A stretch of 64,000 nt of DNA, taken from positions 5,952,001-6,016,000 of the forward strand of contig CM069150.1 of the NCBI GenBank assembly GCA_035221665.1. Reading direction: 5' to 3'. A program made the translations under genes and the position numbers. Source of the DNA: Okamejei kenojei (Eukaryota). Shown piece after piece: positions 1 through 12,545 of this stretch. Numbering within the stretch: the stretch's first letter is position 1; each line of letters opens with the position of its first letter. The notes beneath the pieces were generated by a model that saw only the letters and a program-made list of their open reading frames with translations, ran no database searches and was not told the DNA's origin.

Positions 1-1400
1 AAAGCTGGAAAGAATGATCAGCACACATGTGAAACAGTGGCTTGGATTTCCACGATGCTTAAGTGCTGTCGGACTGTATGGAATGGCAAATTGGAATTTA
101 CCCATTACAGGACTTGTGGAAGAGTTCAAATGCACTAAAGCAAGGTTGGTCATGAAAACCCTCCACTGAATCCGAATACTGTTATTCGAGCAGACGGCCC
201 CCCCGTGTGGCAACGGGAGGAAGTGGACCCCATCTGAAGCCGTTCAGAGTGCGAAGTCTGCTCTTCATTTCCGGGATATGGTTGGCCAAGTCCAACACAG
301 GAGAGCCGGGCTCGGGCTCGTCCCAAAAGCTCCTCAATGGCACAAGGCAACATCAGTGCAGAAAAGACGGCTCGTGGTGGGAGGAGGTGAGAAGACGGGA
401 GGAGGCAGAGCGACATGCCAAGGCCGTATCAATGCCAAGCAAGGCAAATGACAACTAAATGGGAGATGCGGAAAAGAGGAAAAACTCAGCAGGCGTGAAA
501 TCAAATGGAAGAATCTCTGCTAGTTTTGTCTTCAGAGCCACTTATGATGTTACCCCTCCAGAACATGATAGCAGTGGTTCGGGGTTTCACTTTGTTCCTT
601 TGCCAAGCACCTGGAATCATAGGCCTCATTTGTACCAGAATGTTGCACTATGAGCTCGCGCATGGGCGTTACACTTTGGCGCAGAACCTATTCCCCAGAG
701 TCAGCTGGCATCATATTCCTGAACAGAGGCGAACGGATCACTAATGCTTCCCAACACATCGAACCCGCAGGGATTGGCACACGTCTCAACATTGTACAGC
801 AGGCCAGCAGCTCCAGAAGCACCAGATATTTCAAGGATGCAAGCATTCTGCAGCCTGCTTTGGGATTGGAAAATGGAAGTGGACTTAGAAAAAAGGCTTG
901 TGTTTCCCCCCAGTCCATTGTGGTTAACAACGCTCCGGCGGCAGACATGGTCCTGTGGTCCAACAACAGCAAGTAGTTGGCATTATGTTGTGGGAATTGA
1001 CAGTTCAATGGGAAGATGGTGTTGAAAGAAGATGAGAGAGAAAAAAACCAAGTACTCTGACTGGCAACTGAAGCTTCCCAGAATGGGTTGGAAGACCAAA
1101 TTTTTCTTTCTGTAGAAGATACAGGGGATTTGTGCTTAAATCTATGGACCGCTATTAAGAGAAAGAAAATGAGGGTGAGGGGTAGCTGCCTCCAACAAGC
1201 AATCAAATTCATTATCAAATTCTGCGGAAAATAAGCAGCAAATTGGATATGGATCAAAAGAAGACAACCACATTGGGCTGCATGAATTGAGGTTGATGAG
1301 ACCGTTGCGTTGAGCCCTCTGGAGATGTTTTGGCTTATCTTATCAATTGAAGTCAAAGAAGGAGGGTGCCCACTGATGCCAGACCCGGTATGCAAATAGC
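1..1400 (+). mobile_element. Degenerate RLE-type non-LTR retrotransposon (HERO-clade-like), 3' portion
   Basis: Frameshifted peptides across frames: QWLGFPRCLS..GLY, LVEEFKCTKARL, RATYDV, GRYT(L)WR, DWKMEVDLEKRLVFPP, TTLR.(P)DMVLWS, ELTV(Q)WED, and C-terminal WIWIKRRQPHWAA*. These match the C-terminal restriction-like endonuclease region of HERO-type elements. Confidence 0.75.
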
Positions 1401-1499
1401 ATGGAGGGACTTACTTTTTGAGGATTGAAACATCAAAGTTCTATTAGCTCTACTACTGTGAATAAGCAGAAGGGGTTTTTTATGGGAAAACTCATTAGT

Positions 1500-2640
1500 A
1501 ACAATAGAATTACAATGATGGGGGGAGGATGACAGAAAGAGGGGGATACAGGTTAATTGAAATTAGTGAAATATCAATTTTCATACCATGGGGATGTAAG
1601 ACTTGCCAGGAGAAATATGATGTGTTGTTCCTCCAATTTGTTTTTGGCCTCACTCTGACATTGTTAAGCGAGGGGGCTGTTCTTGTACTGTAGCTGCGAT
1701 TATTCACAGCTGAACAAAAAGCTGGAGGAATCTAAGCAGTGCAAGGCAGCATCTCTAGGAAATGGAACAGGTGACAGGTCGGGCAGAAAGATTCTTCTTC
1801 AGGGGAGAATGATGAGGGGCCTCACCCAAAACGAACCCCATTCTTCTCTACAGAGATGCTGCATGTCACACTGAGTTCTCCAGCTTTGGTGTCTACACAG
1901 GACTGTAAGCTACCCAAGTGAAAATATGAGGTTGCTGCCTCAATTAGCATTCGCGACCTCACCTGACAGGGAGGAGGCTCAGTGACAGAAAAGGTCAGTG
2001 TGGGAATGGGTGGGGAGTTTTTGGCAACGTGTGAATTCACGTAGGACAGGGCGGACCCTGAGCGGAAAGATTTCAGTAAACAATCGGCCGTCTGCGCTTG
2101 TCTCTCGGATATTAAGTATATGAAAGGTCTGTCAGGTCCCTGGACAGAGTGTTACATCTCCTGCGTTCTCAGGAGAATGTATCTGGGGGGTGGTTTGGGT
2201 GGGAAGGGATGAGTTAACCAAGGGAGTTGCAGAGTGAACGGTCTCTGCGGAAAGCGTAAAGGGGTGGAAATGGGAAGTGACTAGTGGTGGGATCCCGTTG
2301 GAGGTGGCGAAAATGTCAGAGGATTATGTGCTGTATGCGACGGCTGATGAGGTGAAAGGTGAGGACCAGGGGGACTCTGTCCCTGTTGCGACTGAGAGGA
2401 GGGGGGGCAAGAGCAGAACTGCGGGATTTCCAGGAGACACGTGTGAGGGCCTTCATTTCTATTGAAGTGAGGGAAACCTCGATCCATAAGGCATCAGCTA
2501 GTAGGGTAGATGTGGGGGATGCAGAGCTTTGGATTTCTGACGTTTTGATAAGAAATACAAAACTTATGGAAATTAGTTTACATGTGGACTGAGAGATGGC
2601 AATCAAGATAAACGATGGGTGAGTTTATGGTCCATCTCTA
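1500..2640 (-). mobile_element. Penelope-like element fragments (degenerate RT/GIY-YIG 3' region)
   Basis: Minus-strand peptide SYFHLGSLQ and nucleotide similarity to the clearer Penelope copies at 29474-30115 and 53270-53735. Contains a terminal module at ~1700-1895. Confidence 0.7.
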
Positions 2641-3559
2641 TGTTGGACAAGCATTGACTTGTGGAGGACACAAGGATCAAGGCCGAGCCCAATATTCTAA
2701 GATAGACAGAAAATGCTGGAGTAACTCAGCGGGGGAAAAAAAGGCAGCATCTCTGGAGAGAAGGATGCGTGATGCTTGGGTCGAGGACCCTTCTCCAGAC
2801 TTTGTGGTCTAGACGAACTGGTACACGATGCTTGATGTTGGAACTATAGTCTCACAATCTGCATCTTTACTTCTGTTTCTGTACTTATGTTTACCTTGAG
2901 ATTGGCTTGATTGAATTTATGTATAGTATTATTCAATTTGATTAGAAAGCATGCAGAACATTCAATTATTTCCAGAGAATACAAAAATTCTTGTTTCTAA
3001 TTACACATAATATTGAACCACCCCCTGGGGTATTCATCCAAGTGCTCAATGCCTCCCACAATGATAAAAAAAAATACACGCAGGGTTTGACGAGGGCAAC
3101 AAACAATAAGGCTGAGATAACAGATCTGTTTTCTTTCAAGACAGTGATGTGCAGCGTACAGTGGCTATTCAGAACTCGACTGTGGCTCGACTGAGTATTC
3201 TTGTACGCAGCTCAACAACCCTTTATGGGTGGAGGGAACTGCAGATGCTGATTTATACTGATGGCTATTTACACTAAGCCCATTTTTTCATTAAATAGAC
3301 ACAAATGCTGGAGTAACTCTGTGGGACAGGCAGCATCTCGGGATGGAAGGAATGGTTGACATCCTTCAGATGCACAGTCTGTCTCTGATGAAGGGTTTCG
3401 ATGGCATAAATTTCCACATTTACTTCTCTACAGGAGATGATGCCTGTCGAGCTGAGTTAAGGGGCCTGTCCCACTACGTGTCTTGGCACGCAAATTACTC
3501 AACCTCGTGGTCGCGTTGTGAGGTGTAAGGCATCGCCTGGCCGCGCGGGTAGCTGGGCG

Positions 3560-6500
3560 CGGAGGGAGGGGCAAGTCGTTCGGATCCAAGGCTTTTTTTT
3601 AAGGCCCTAAAGAGAGGGGCAGAAGAGGTGGGGAGGCTCCACTCCTTCACTGGGGGTGGGAAATAGATCTAGTGGACACTCAAAATGAAGCTCACTATAG
3701 GCCAGCCTTAATTTCATTTGGGGGGGCAGGGGGTCTCTCCGTAGGTATCACCATTCTCTCCGTGTCAGGGGACGGGGGTACCGCGGTGAGATTCCTGCAG
3801 GAAACACACACTGTGGTAGTGATGAACCCACCTGGCTCCTGGAGTGGGAAGGGGGGGTCTACATGGAGCGGCATCTCAGACTCCAATTCGAGTGGAGTGG
3901 AATTCTGTTGGGGCACCCGTCCTTTCCAACCGGAGATCCTCTGAGTGAGGACATTGTTCCGGGCCGTTTTGCTGTGTATCTGGCCGTTGCGTTTGGATGG
4001 GTGCCATTACACTTCATTAATGTGTACGCTCCAAGATTCGACGCAATTGCAGACGCGCTTAACAAGGAAGTGACCACGTTGTTGAACACTATCGAAACGT
4101 GGGGAGTGTGTTTTACTTGGGTGCGGGAGTTTTAATTGTACCTCGAGGTGAGAGAATAGCTCTCTGGCGTTCAGCGTGACCGGCTGGAGTTTAAAGTCTT
4201 CTTTAAGGGAGATGGTGGATTCTTTGAGCTGGTAGATGATTGGAGGAATTTGCCATCCTGACTCTAACGCCGTCTCGTACAGGTTGAGGGGGGGTTTCCC
4301 GTATTGAAAGTTTATTACGTTGTCAAGGCCTATGTCTCTGTGTTTCGGCGGCCTCCATGCGGACTGCGCCATGCCGGGACATTGCCTGGTACGAGTGGAT
4401 TTTAACCCGACGCGCAACACGGGCTGGGTCCGCGTACTGGTTTTTAGTAGCAAGCTGCTGGAGGATCGCCGCCGATTTCGGATTCCTTAAGGCAGTTCTG
4501 GGCGCGGTTGGAGAGTGAGGCAGGGGCGTTTCTTTCCCTAAGGCAGTGGTGGGACGTTGGGGAAGGCCTACGTCCGTCTGTTTGGTCAGGACTATGCGAG
4601 GGGGTCGACCAAGGGGCGGGACTCCGAGATCGGACGGCTTGTGAGGAGTTGCTCGACTCAGAGGCTCGTCTGGATCAGACTGGTGGGGCTTGTTCGTGAG
4701 TGGGAGGAGTACCAGGGGAGAAGATGGGAGAGCTGCTGAGGGCTTGCAGCTTAGGGAGGTAGCGGGGCGCGTATGTTAGGTCGCGAGTCCAGTATGTTGA
4801 CTCGATCTGGACGTATGCCTCCCTTTTTCGGTTCTCTGGAGAAGCGGGCGAGGAGCCCGCAGGCAGCTTGTAGACTTGTTTGCGGATGATGGCTCCTCGT
4901 CACGGATTCCAGAGAGCATTGGTGCCTCGGGTTCGGTCTTTTACAGGGACTCTGTTCTCGGCAGGCACATCGAATTCGGAGGCGCAGGAGGTCACGGGGG
5001 GTTGGGGAGTCTTACCGCTGTGTTGCAATTGAGGTGGCTGAACACCTGGATGATCCCCTAAACTCTGGACGAGTTGACTGGTGCCTTGCACCAGCTCAGG
5101 GGGGCAAAGGTCTCAAGGGATGATGGATCTGTCTGTGGAGTTCCTTAGAGCTTCTGGGATGTTATGGGGGTGGACTATTTGAAAGGTCCTGGGGGAGAGC
5201 CTGGCGACGGGGAGATGCCCCCCCCCCCCCCCCCCCACTTCTCATGGCGCGAGCTGTATGTTGTCCTGCTGCATAAGAAGGGCGATCTCCCCCTTTTGAA
5301 GAAACTGGCGCCCAGTCTCTTCCTCAGCACGGACTATAAAGTTTTGCACGGGCATTGGGAATCGCACTGGGTCCCGTGCTGTCCCAGGTGATACACCCGG
5401 ACCAGTCTTACCTTTCCCGGGCCGGTCCATCCAGGAAATATCCATCTGCTCCGGGACCTGATCAATATGTCCCAGGGGGCTGGACAGTCAGGCGCTCTAT
5501 CTCTACTCGACCAGGAGATGGCGTTCGACTGGGTGGAGGGCATGAATACTTCTCGGGGCTATGGCTGGTCGTTTCGGAGATTTGGACCACTTTTGTGTCC
5601 TGGGTCGACTTATTATATATATGCTGCCAGGTGCATTGTTAAAAAGGTCAACGCTCTTTATTGGCCCCCTATCCCTTTGGGAGGGGGGTTCGTCAGGAGT
5701 CCATGTCCGCGTCAGCTGTTATTTCCATCTGTGTAGAGCCTTTTCTGTGCCTCTACGGAGGTGGTTGACGGCATCTGGTTGTGGCGGGGGCCGGAGGATG
5801 GTGGTGGTTCCTGGCCTACGCCGATGATGTCATTTTGATGTTTCACCGACCCTTGTTGACATGCGGAGATGCGTGTGTGCCAGCAGGGTTTGCAGCTGCA
5901 TCCCTACCGCCAGATGCCTAACTGGGGGAGGAAATGTTATGGTTTCTTGGGGGTCAGTGGGAGGTTGGACTCCCTGCCGGAGGAGATGGCAGTTTTGCGT
6001 GGATGACACCATGCACCTCCTCTATCTGGGGGTCTCCTGAGTCCACTGAGGGGGCGTGGTCGGCGAACTGGCTGGAGCTGGAGGCGAAAGTGGTCGCCCG
6101 GCTGGGGCGTAGGTCAGGCCTCCTTGGTGTGCTCGCTTACCGGGGCAAGAGGCTTCGTAGTATTAAACCAGCTGGTGGCCTCTATGCTGTCGTTGGTTAC
6201 CGGCTGGCCACTATGGTCCCGTCATCTTTATTTATAATAAGGAGACAGAGGTGATTGTTGTCAACTTCTTCTGGGGTGTGAGGGAACACTGGGTCTTCTG
6301 CGGGTGTTTGAGTCTCCCATGGAGGAGGGTGGTCAGGCGATGGTCTGTGTTTCGTACCCGGGGGCGGCTCTCCGACTTGAGGACCCTGCGGAGATACTCT
6401 ACTCAGACTTCCCTCATAAATGGCACGTGCTGTGCGTCGTTCCGTACTTTTTCCGCCAGGGGCGCTGCCTTCAGGAGGGCTCACAGCTCCAAGTAAAGGG

Positions 6501-7587
6501 GGGGGGGGGGGGGGGGGTATGAGTCGACGCGCCACGGTGGGAGTTGCCTGGCTTTTACGTGACTCCTGAAGGCCAGGAATTTGGTCACCTTCAGCAGGGC
6601 CGATGCTCCTCAGGGGGTGGGGGGTGTTGTGGCTGTGTCGGGGGGTGTTGAGGAGTGGCGTGTTGCCGTGGAGAGCGATTACGGATGTGCTTACCCCACG
6701 CTCCAGCGGTTTTGTTCATAGGACCCTGGCCGGGTCCCTCCCCGAGATTCGGGCCCCACAGCAACGTGAGCGCTTTCCGAAGATGCCAGCGTGCAGTTTC
6801 CGTGATGGGGAGGCGCGTGTTGTACAGGTTGTCTTGCACACTTACACTTCCTCGCACTGTCTTACGTCCAGACACGCCATGGCGGTCCGTGTTACCACCT
6901 GAAGAGGGAGAGGTCCTCAAGTGGAGTCTCTCTTTATGGGAGTCCTCCCCCTTACATCGGGGACCTGGGGTGCGAGAGTGTTCTTGCACAATGGTGTGGC
7001 CTGTAACAGGTACTTGAGACGGTTCACGGACTCGTCCGCCGCCTGTCACTTTTGGCGGCGAGGAGGGAGGACCGCTACGCCCGCGCCATGTCTACAACTC
7101 GGAGTGTGAGAGGTTGCAGCACTTGTTCGAGTATCTGAAGGGGTGCTCCTCAAGTTTTGGCTCCACTTAGTCCGACGCTATTGAATTTTTGGGCACCCGG
7201 TGCTGAGGGGGGGAGGGTTGGGAAGGGAGCAGGGGGTCTCCTGTCGGTCTGCTCCGGGCCTGGCCAAGATGGCCTTTCGTGGGTCCAGGCAGGGGGCAGG
7301 TCGTTGGCCGCACTGCAGTCGGGCTGCCTGATCCCTCTTCCGGGGTTACGTTCCGTGCCCGAGTGTCCCTAGAGATGAGAGGGAACACGCGTGTCACGGG
7401 GACTGTGGAGGTTTACCGTGAACGCTGGTCAACCGCAGGAGGTCGGAATATATTAATGACAAAGTTGATAATTTTTTAATTGAGAACTTTCTTTGTAAAT
7501 GCCAATATAGGCATTCTATGATCATTGTTACTGTTTTGTATTGTTGGTTTGAATAAAAGCTTTTGTAAAATAAATAAAAAAAAAAAA
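3560..7587 (+). mobile_element. Tx1-clade (L1 superfamily) LINE, degenerate ORF2 with poly(A) end
   Basis: APE endonuclease motifs FLQETH and FINVYAP; WWDVGKAYVR; RT motifs STDYKV, VIHPDQSY, LSLLDQEMAFD, and tacgccgatgat (YADD) at ~5817. AATAAA and an A-rich tail at 7552-7587. Many frameshifts. Confidence 0.85.
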
Positions 7588-7609
7588 GAGCGGGGCCAAG
7601 AAAATTGAA

Positions 7610-7790
7610 GATAGACACAAAATGCTGGAGTAACTCAGCGGGACCGGCAGCATCTCTGGAGAGAAGCAATGGGTGACGTTGCGGGTCAAGACCCTTCTTT
7701 CAGACTGAAGAGGGGTCTCGATCTGAAACATCATCCATTCCTTCTCTCCAGCGATGCTGCCGGTCCCACTGAGTTACTCGGCATTTTGCG
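7610..7790. mobile_element. Penelope-derived fold-back module
   Basis: gacacaaaatgctggagtaactcagcgg...ccttcttt cagac followed by its inverted counterpart ctgaagaggggtctcga...tgagttactc. Confidence 0.7.
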
Positions 7791-7937
7791 TCCATTTTCA
7801 AATGACGTCACACGCTCCAGACGGCTGTGCGGTCGAATGAAGTCACACACGACCTTCGCGGGACCGTCGCGGTTCAACGCGACCACGAGGTCGCGTAATT
7901 TGCATGCCAAGGACATGTAAGTGGGACAGGCCCTTTA

Positions 7938-8138
7938 CTGGAGTAACTCAGCGGGACAGGCAGCATCTCTGGATGGAAGGAATGGGTGACATTCCTTCAG
8001 ACTCATACTGTCTGAAGAAGGGTCTCGACCAAAAACTCACCAATTTCCTCTCTCCAGAGATGCTGCCTGTTGCGCTGAGTTACTCCACCCGTTTTTTTGT
8101 CTGTCCTGAGTTTAAACCAGCATCTGCAGTTTCTTCCT
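7938..8138. mobile_element. Penelope-derived fold-back module
   Basis: Inverted arms around tctgaagaagggtctcgacc; ends with ...aaaccagcatctgcagtttcttcct. Confidence 0.7.
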
Positions 8139-8154
8139 AACCCCCAATTATTCA

Positions 8155-8510
8155 TAATTGGACTTGACTGAGGGGACTAAATGTGACATCTCCAGGTTTG
8201 CTAATGCCATTCGAATATAAGTATTGATAAGGATGCACAGAGGATTTAGGGGTATATGGACAAGCCGATTGAGTGGGCAAGACTGTGGCATATAGAGTAC
8301 AATGAGGATAAATGCCTCGTTATCCATTTTGAGAGGAATGGCAGAAGAACTGAGCATCTCGTAAATGGTGATAGATTGGAAAACATTCATGTTCGAAGAA
8401 AACCTGGTGTCTTTATACACAACTCGGTGAAAGCCAATATGCATTGCAGTAGGCAATTAGGAAGCTAAATGAAACGTTTGCCTTTACGGGCAAAGAATCT
8501 GGGTTCAAGA
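8155..8510 (+). mobile_element. Old CR1-type LINE RT fragment
   Basis: Peptide EWARLWHIEYNEDKCLVIHF...NGDRLE...PGVFIHNSVK, the CR1 RT C-terminal signature. Confidence 0.7.
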
Positions 8511-8799
8511 GTTTAGTTTTGGATCTTGGTTAATGTTGGGGACGGCTTGAGGGGATTACAGTTCTCCTGTGCCACTGTTCATCATGTTCTTGCTCCTATT
8601 GCCCTGCAACCTCCCTAATGGTGTTCCTCCAGCATCAGCTGCTATCTAGTTCTCAAGGTCGCTGGTCGCTGGTTTATACTCCAGAGCTCTCGCAAAGTGC
8701 CACTGGCAGTGTCTTCACGTTTTCAGGAGACTAACGATATTCTGCACGGTGATTCTGCTGGTGCATAGTGCTTGTCTTATTGGTATCAGGCTGCATTAG

Positions 8800-9600
8800 T
8801 AGAATAGAAGAATAGAATAGAATTTCCTTTATTGTCATTCAAACAAAAGTCTGAACGAAATTTTGTTCCTTGCAGTCATGACAGCAAAAAATCAAAACAC
8901 ACAATTAACAGTGTTTAACACAAACATCCATCACAGTGAATCTCCAGACACCTCCTCACTGTGATGGAAGGCGAAAGTCTTATCTCTTCCCTGCTTCTTC
9001 TCCCGCGGTCAGGCAGTCAAACTGCTGTGTCGAGGCGATCCAGGCTCTTGATGTTAAAGCCCCCGTGGGCGATGGTAAATCCCGCTGCCGATTAAACCAG
9101 GCCGGGCGATGAAAGGCCTTGCGACGGGCCGATTCAAACCTCGCGATTCAGGGCAGACGAAGCTGCCGTTGCAGGAGCTCCTGAAAATTGGTCTCTGACC
9201 AGGGACCTGCGAGCTCCCGATGTTACCGTCCACATGGCCCACAGCCGAAGCCTCCGAAGCTCCGAAGTCGGGTGGCAGCCACAGCGCCACCACAGCCTCC
9301 GAAGTCAGCCAGATCCGCGATGGTAAGTCCACAGGCTCTGCGACCGGAGACATCAGATCCATTCCAGTTGGAGGCCGCCAGCTCCACGATGTAAGGCCTC
9401 AGCGAAAACGGAGACACGACAAGGAAAAAGGTCGCGTCCCCGTTCAAGGAAGAGATTTTAAAAGTTTGTCCCATTCCCCCACATATACACAACTAAAAAT
9501 AAACCAAAACATACCTCCAACAAGACAGAAAAAAGACAAAAAGAAAAAAGACAAACGGACTGCAGGCGAGCCGCAGCTGCTTGGGCAGCACCGCCACTTC
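8800..9600 (-). mobile_element. Non-autonomous retroposon with (TTCTA)n tail (family unassigned), copy 1
   Basis: Reverse-complement homologue of 9927-10722: same 5' gtggcgg..gcagc..ctgcagtcc, internal ccatcacagtga..tcactgtgatgg hairpin, AATAAA and (TTCTA)n tail. Confidence 0.7.
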
Positions 9601-9926
9601 TGGAAAATTCACATACCCACTAGGGATGTGAATCGGTGCAAAGTTAAAGTGAAGTGGAAGGTATTGTCCCACAGATCAGCACTGTGTGCTGGAGATGTCC
9701 CACTGTGTCACCTTCTGAAGGACCAGGGATCAGAAGTGTTTCCCATAACTTGGTCCTTCAGGAAAGTCTTTGCATGACCCACAACGAAACTAACACCAAG
9801 GGAGTGCAAACCTTACCTGTTCCGGTAAAGGTCCAGGTAATTATTGAAGTCCCATGGCGTCGAAGTGCAGGCAGGGACTGTGTGAACCTTTGCAGCTAAA
9901 TGTGCATCAAAATCGCATGTGGCAGT

Positions 9927-10722
9927 GTGGCGGCGCCTAACGGCAGCAGCTCGACTGCAGTCCATTTGTCTTTTTTTGTCTCGTTAAAAGTATGTTTTGA
10001 CTCTAGTTTTTATTATTTTTTTAGCTGTGTATATGTGGGGGGTTGGGGGGGGGGGAACCGTTTAATCTCTTCCCTGTATGGGGGACCTGACGTTTTCCCT
10101 GTCGGGTCTCCGGTGTCGTTGGGCCTAACATCGTGGAGCCGGCGGCCTCCGGCCAGAACCAATCTGAGGGCTCCAGTCGCGGAGCCTGCGGACTCGTCAT
10201 CGCGGAGCTGGCCGACTTTGGAGCGGGAAGAGCTGTGGTGGCTGCGACCTGACTTTGGAGCTTCGGAGGCTCCGGCCGCAGGCCCGATGGACAAGAACAT
10301 CGGGAGCTCGCGGGTCCCTGGTGGGAGACCGCTTTTCGGAGCTCCCGCAACGGCAACTTCTCCCGCCAGAATCGCAGGGTTTAAAGGACTCGGAGCGGGG
10401 CCTAACATCGCCCGGTGCGGCTTAACATCCACGGGACTTACCATCGCCCGCCGGGGGCTTTAACATCGGGAGCCCCAGTCGCCTCGATGCTGCAGTTGGA
10501 CTGCTGGACCGCGGGTGAAGAACTAAGGGAAGGGATAAGACTTTTGCCTTCCATCACAGTGAGGAGGTGTTGGAGATTCACTGTGATGGATGTTTGCGTA
10601 AATTGTGTTAAAGTGTGGGTCTTAGCTTTTTTGTAATGTTAAGACTGTAGAAATGCAATTTCAAGCTGTTCAAGCTGTTTGAATGAAAATAAAAGGCATT
10701 CTATTCTATTCTATTCATTCTA
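9927..10722 (+). mobile_element. Non-autonomous retroposon with (TTCTA)n tail (family unassigned), copy 2
   Basis: GC-rich body, 12-bp stem ccatcacagtga/tcactgtgatgg near 10551-10589, and aataaaaggcattctattctattctatt tail. Inverted relative to copy 1. Confidence 0.7.
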
Positions 10723-11150
10723 CCAAAACATTCTCTCGCAGTCTTTGCAACCTTTGTGAACTTATGAAGGTATCTGAAGTTATCACATTAGGCCTCTCAA
10801 TAGCAGTGGAGTCTCCTTAGATAAGAAGAAAAGCAAAATCCCAAGCCAATTTGCTGCGAGTTATACAGGGACAGTTGTATAAAGGGAGCATCTTGAAGCA
10901 TCAGCTTCAGTCAGTAAGACTGAAAATAGGATATACAAGCGTGGTGAAGTCAGCTGAGGGAAGGTGATCAGTACTTGGTTGGATTACACACAAGGAGTGT
11001 TTCTGGTTCATTTCACAAGGAGTGTGAATCAGTTGAGTACAATTAGTTAGAATCATAGAGCACATAAAGAGTCCTTTTCGACCCACTTTGTCCATGCTGA
11101 CCAACATGCCTCATCTAAGCTGGCCCCATTTTTCCATGTTTGACCCATAT

Positions 11151-11456
11151 AGTTTAGAGATACAGCACAAAAAATCAGCCCTTCGGCCCACCGAGTCCGT
11201 GCCGACCAGCGATCCCCGCACATTAACACACACACTGGGGTCAATTTACACTTATACCAAGCCAATTAACCAACTATCCTGTTTATCTTTGGAGTGTGGG
11301 AGGAAACCAAAGATCTCAGAGAAAACCCATGTAGTCATGAGTTACGAAGTACGTACGAACTCCTGTACAGACAGCGCCTGTAGTTGGGATTGAACTCGGG
11401 TCTCTGGCGCTGAAAGCTCTGTAAGGCAGCAACTCACTGCGCCACTGTGCCACCCT
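11151..11456 (-). mobile_element. HE1-like tRNA-derived SINE
   Basis: On the minus strand: tRNA-like head (ggtggcacagtggcgcagt..cccgagttcaatccc), conserved core cctcccacactccaaaga, and (taaac)n tail. Confidence 0.8.
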
Positions 11457-11816
11457 CTCCGGACCTTTCCTATCCATGTATTTGTCCAAATGTCTTTAAA
11501 ATGTTGTTATTGAACTGCCCCAAGCACTTCCTTTGGCAGATCATTCTAAACCCCAACCGACCTCTGTGTGGAGTGGTTGCCCCTCAGATTCCTATTCAAT
11601 CTTTTCCCTCTCACCTTAAACCTATGCCCTCTAATTCTTGATTCCCCTGCCCCAGGACCCTGTGCATTCACCCTACCTATCCCCCTCATGATTTTGTACT
11701 CCTCTATAAGATCAGCCCTCGCCTCCTGCGCTCCAAGGGATATAGTCCTAACCCGCTTAACCTCTTCATATAGCTCAGGCCCTCAAGACCTGGCAACATC
11801 CTTATCAATCTTCTTT

Positions 11817-12093
11817 TAATTTAGTTTAGAGAAACAGGCCCTTTGACCCACGGCTCTGCCCCGATCAGCGATCACTGCACACTAACACCATCCTACACAC
11901 ACTAGGGACAATATTCAATTTTATACCAAGCCAATTAACCTCCAAACCTGTACATCTTTAGAGTGAGGGTGGAAAACCCATGCAGGTCACTGGGAAAATG
12001 TACAAACTATGTACAGATAAGCACCCGTAGTCAGGATCGAACCAGGATCTCTGGCGCTGCAAGGCAGCAGATCTACCGTTACGCCACCATGCC
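11817..12093 (-). mobile_element. HE1-like SINE
   Basis: Same head, core and tail as the other copies. Confidence 0.75.
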
Positions 12094-12182
12094 GCTCATG
12101 CCACTGTGCAGTCTTTCCAGCTTAATGACATCTTTCAATAACAGGATAATCAAAACTGAACACGATACTCGAAGTGCGGCAT

Positions 12183-12545
12183 TTGATTGTTAAGGGCTTG
12201 GACACGCTAGAGGCAGGAAACATGTTCCCGATGTTGGGGGAGTCCAGAACCAGGGGCCACCGTTTAAGAATAAGGAGTAAGCCATTTAGAACGGCGACGA
12301 GGAAGCACTTTTTGTCACAGAGAGTGGTGAGTCCGTGGAATTCTCTGCCACAGAGGGCGGTGGAGGCAGGTTCTCTGGATGCTTTCAAGAGAGAGCTAGA
12401 TAGGGCTCTTAAAAATAGCGGATTCAGGGGATATGGGAAGAAGGCAGGAACGGGGTACTGATTGGGGATGATCAGCCATGATCACAGTGAATGGCGGTTC
12501 TGGCCCGAAGGGCCAAATGGCCTACTCCTGCACGTATTGTCTATT
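12183..12545 (+). mobile_element. CR1 LINE 3' end (young)
   Basis: KGLDTLEAGNMFPMLGESRTRGHRLRIRSKPFRT..RKHFLSQRVVSPWNSLPQRAVEAGSLDAFKRELD, followed by the 3'UTR and tattgtc tail. Confidence 0.9.

Larger units (their letters stand above)
3460..7934. mobile_element. PIF/Harbinger-type MITE hosting a nested Tx1 LINE and a Penelope fold-back
   Basis: ~58-bp imperfect TIRs: AGG(G)GCCTGTCCCACT..CAAATTAC..ACCTCGTGGTCGCGTTG at 3460 and its reverse complement ending at 7934. TTA on both sides (3457-3459, 7935-7937), the typical Harbinger TSD. Confidence 0.75.

Noticed and set aside
9713-9763. miR-133-like hairpin (cttggtccttcag)
   Set aside because: The stem is only ~15 bp with a large loop, and the sequence does not match mature miR-133 (TTTGGTCCCCTTCAACCAGCTG).
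9220-10463. 185- and 187-aa ORFs
   Set aside because: Open frames in GC-rich repeat copies; not conserved in frame between the two copies.
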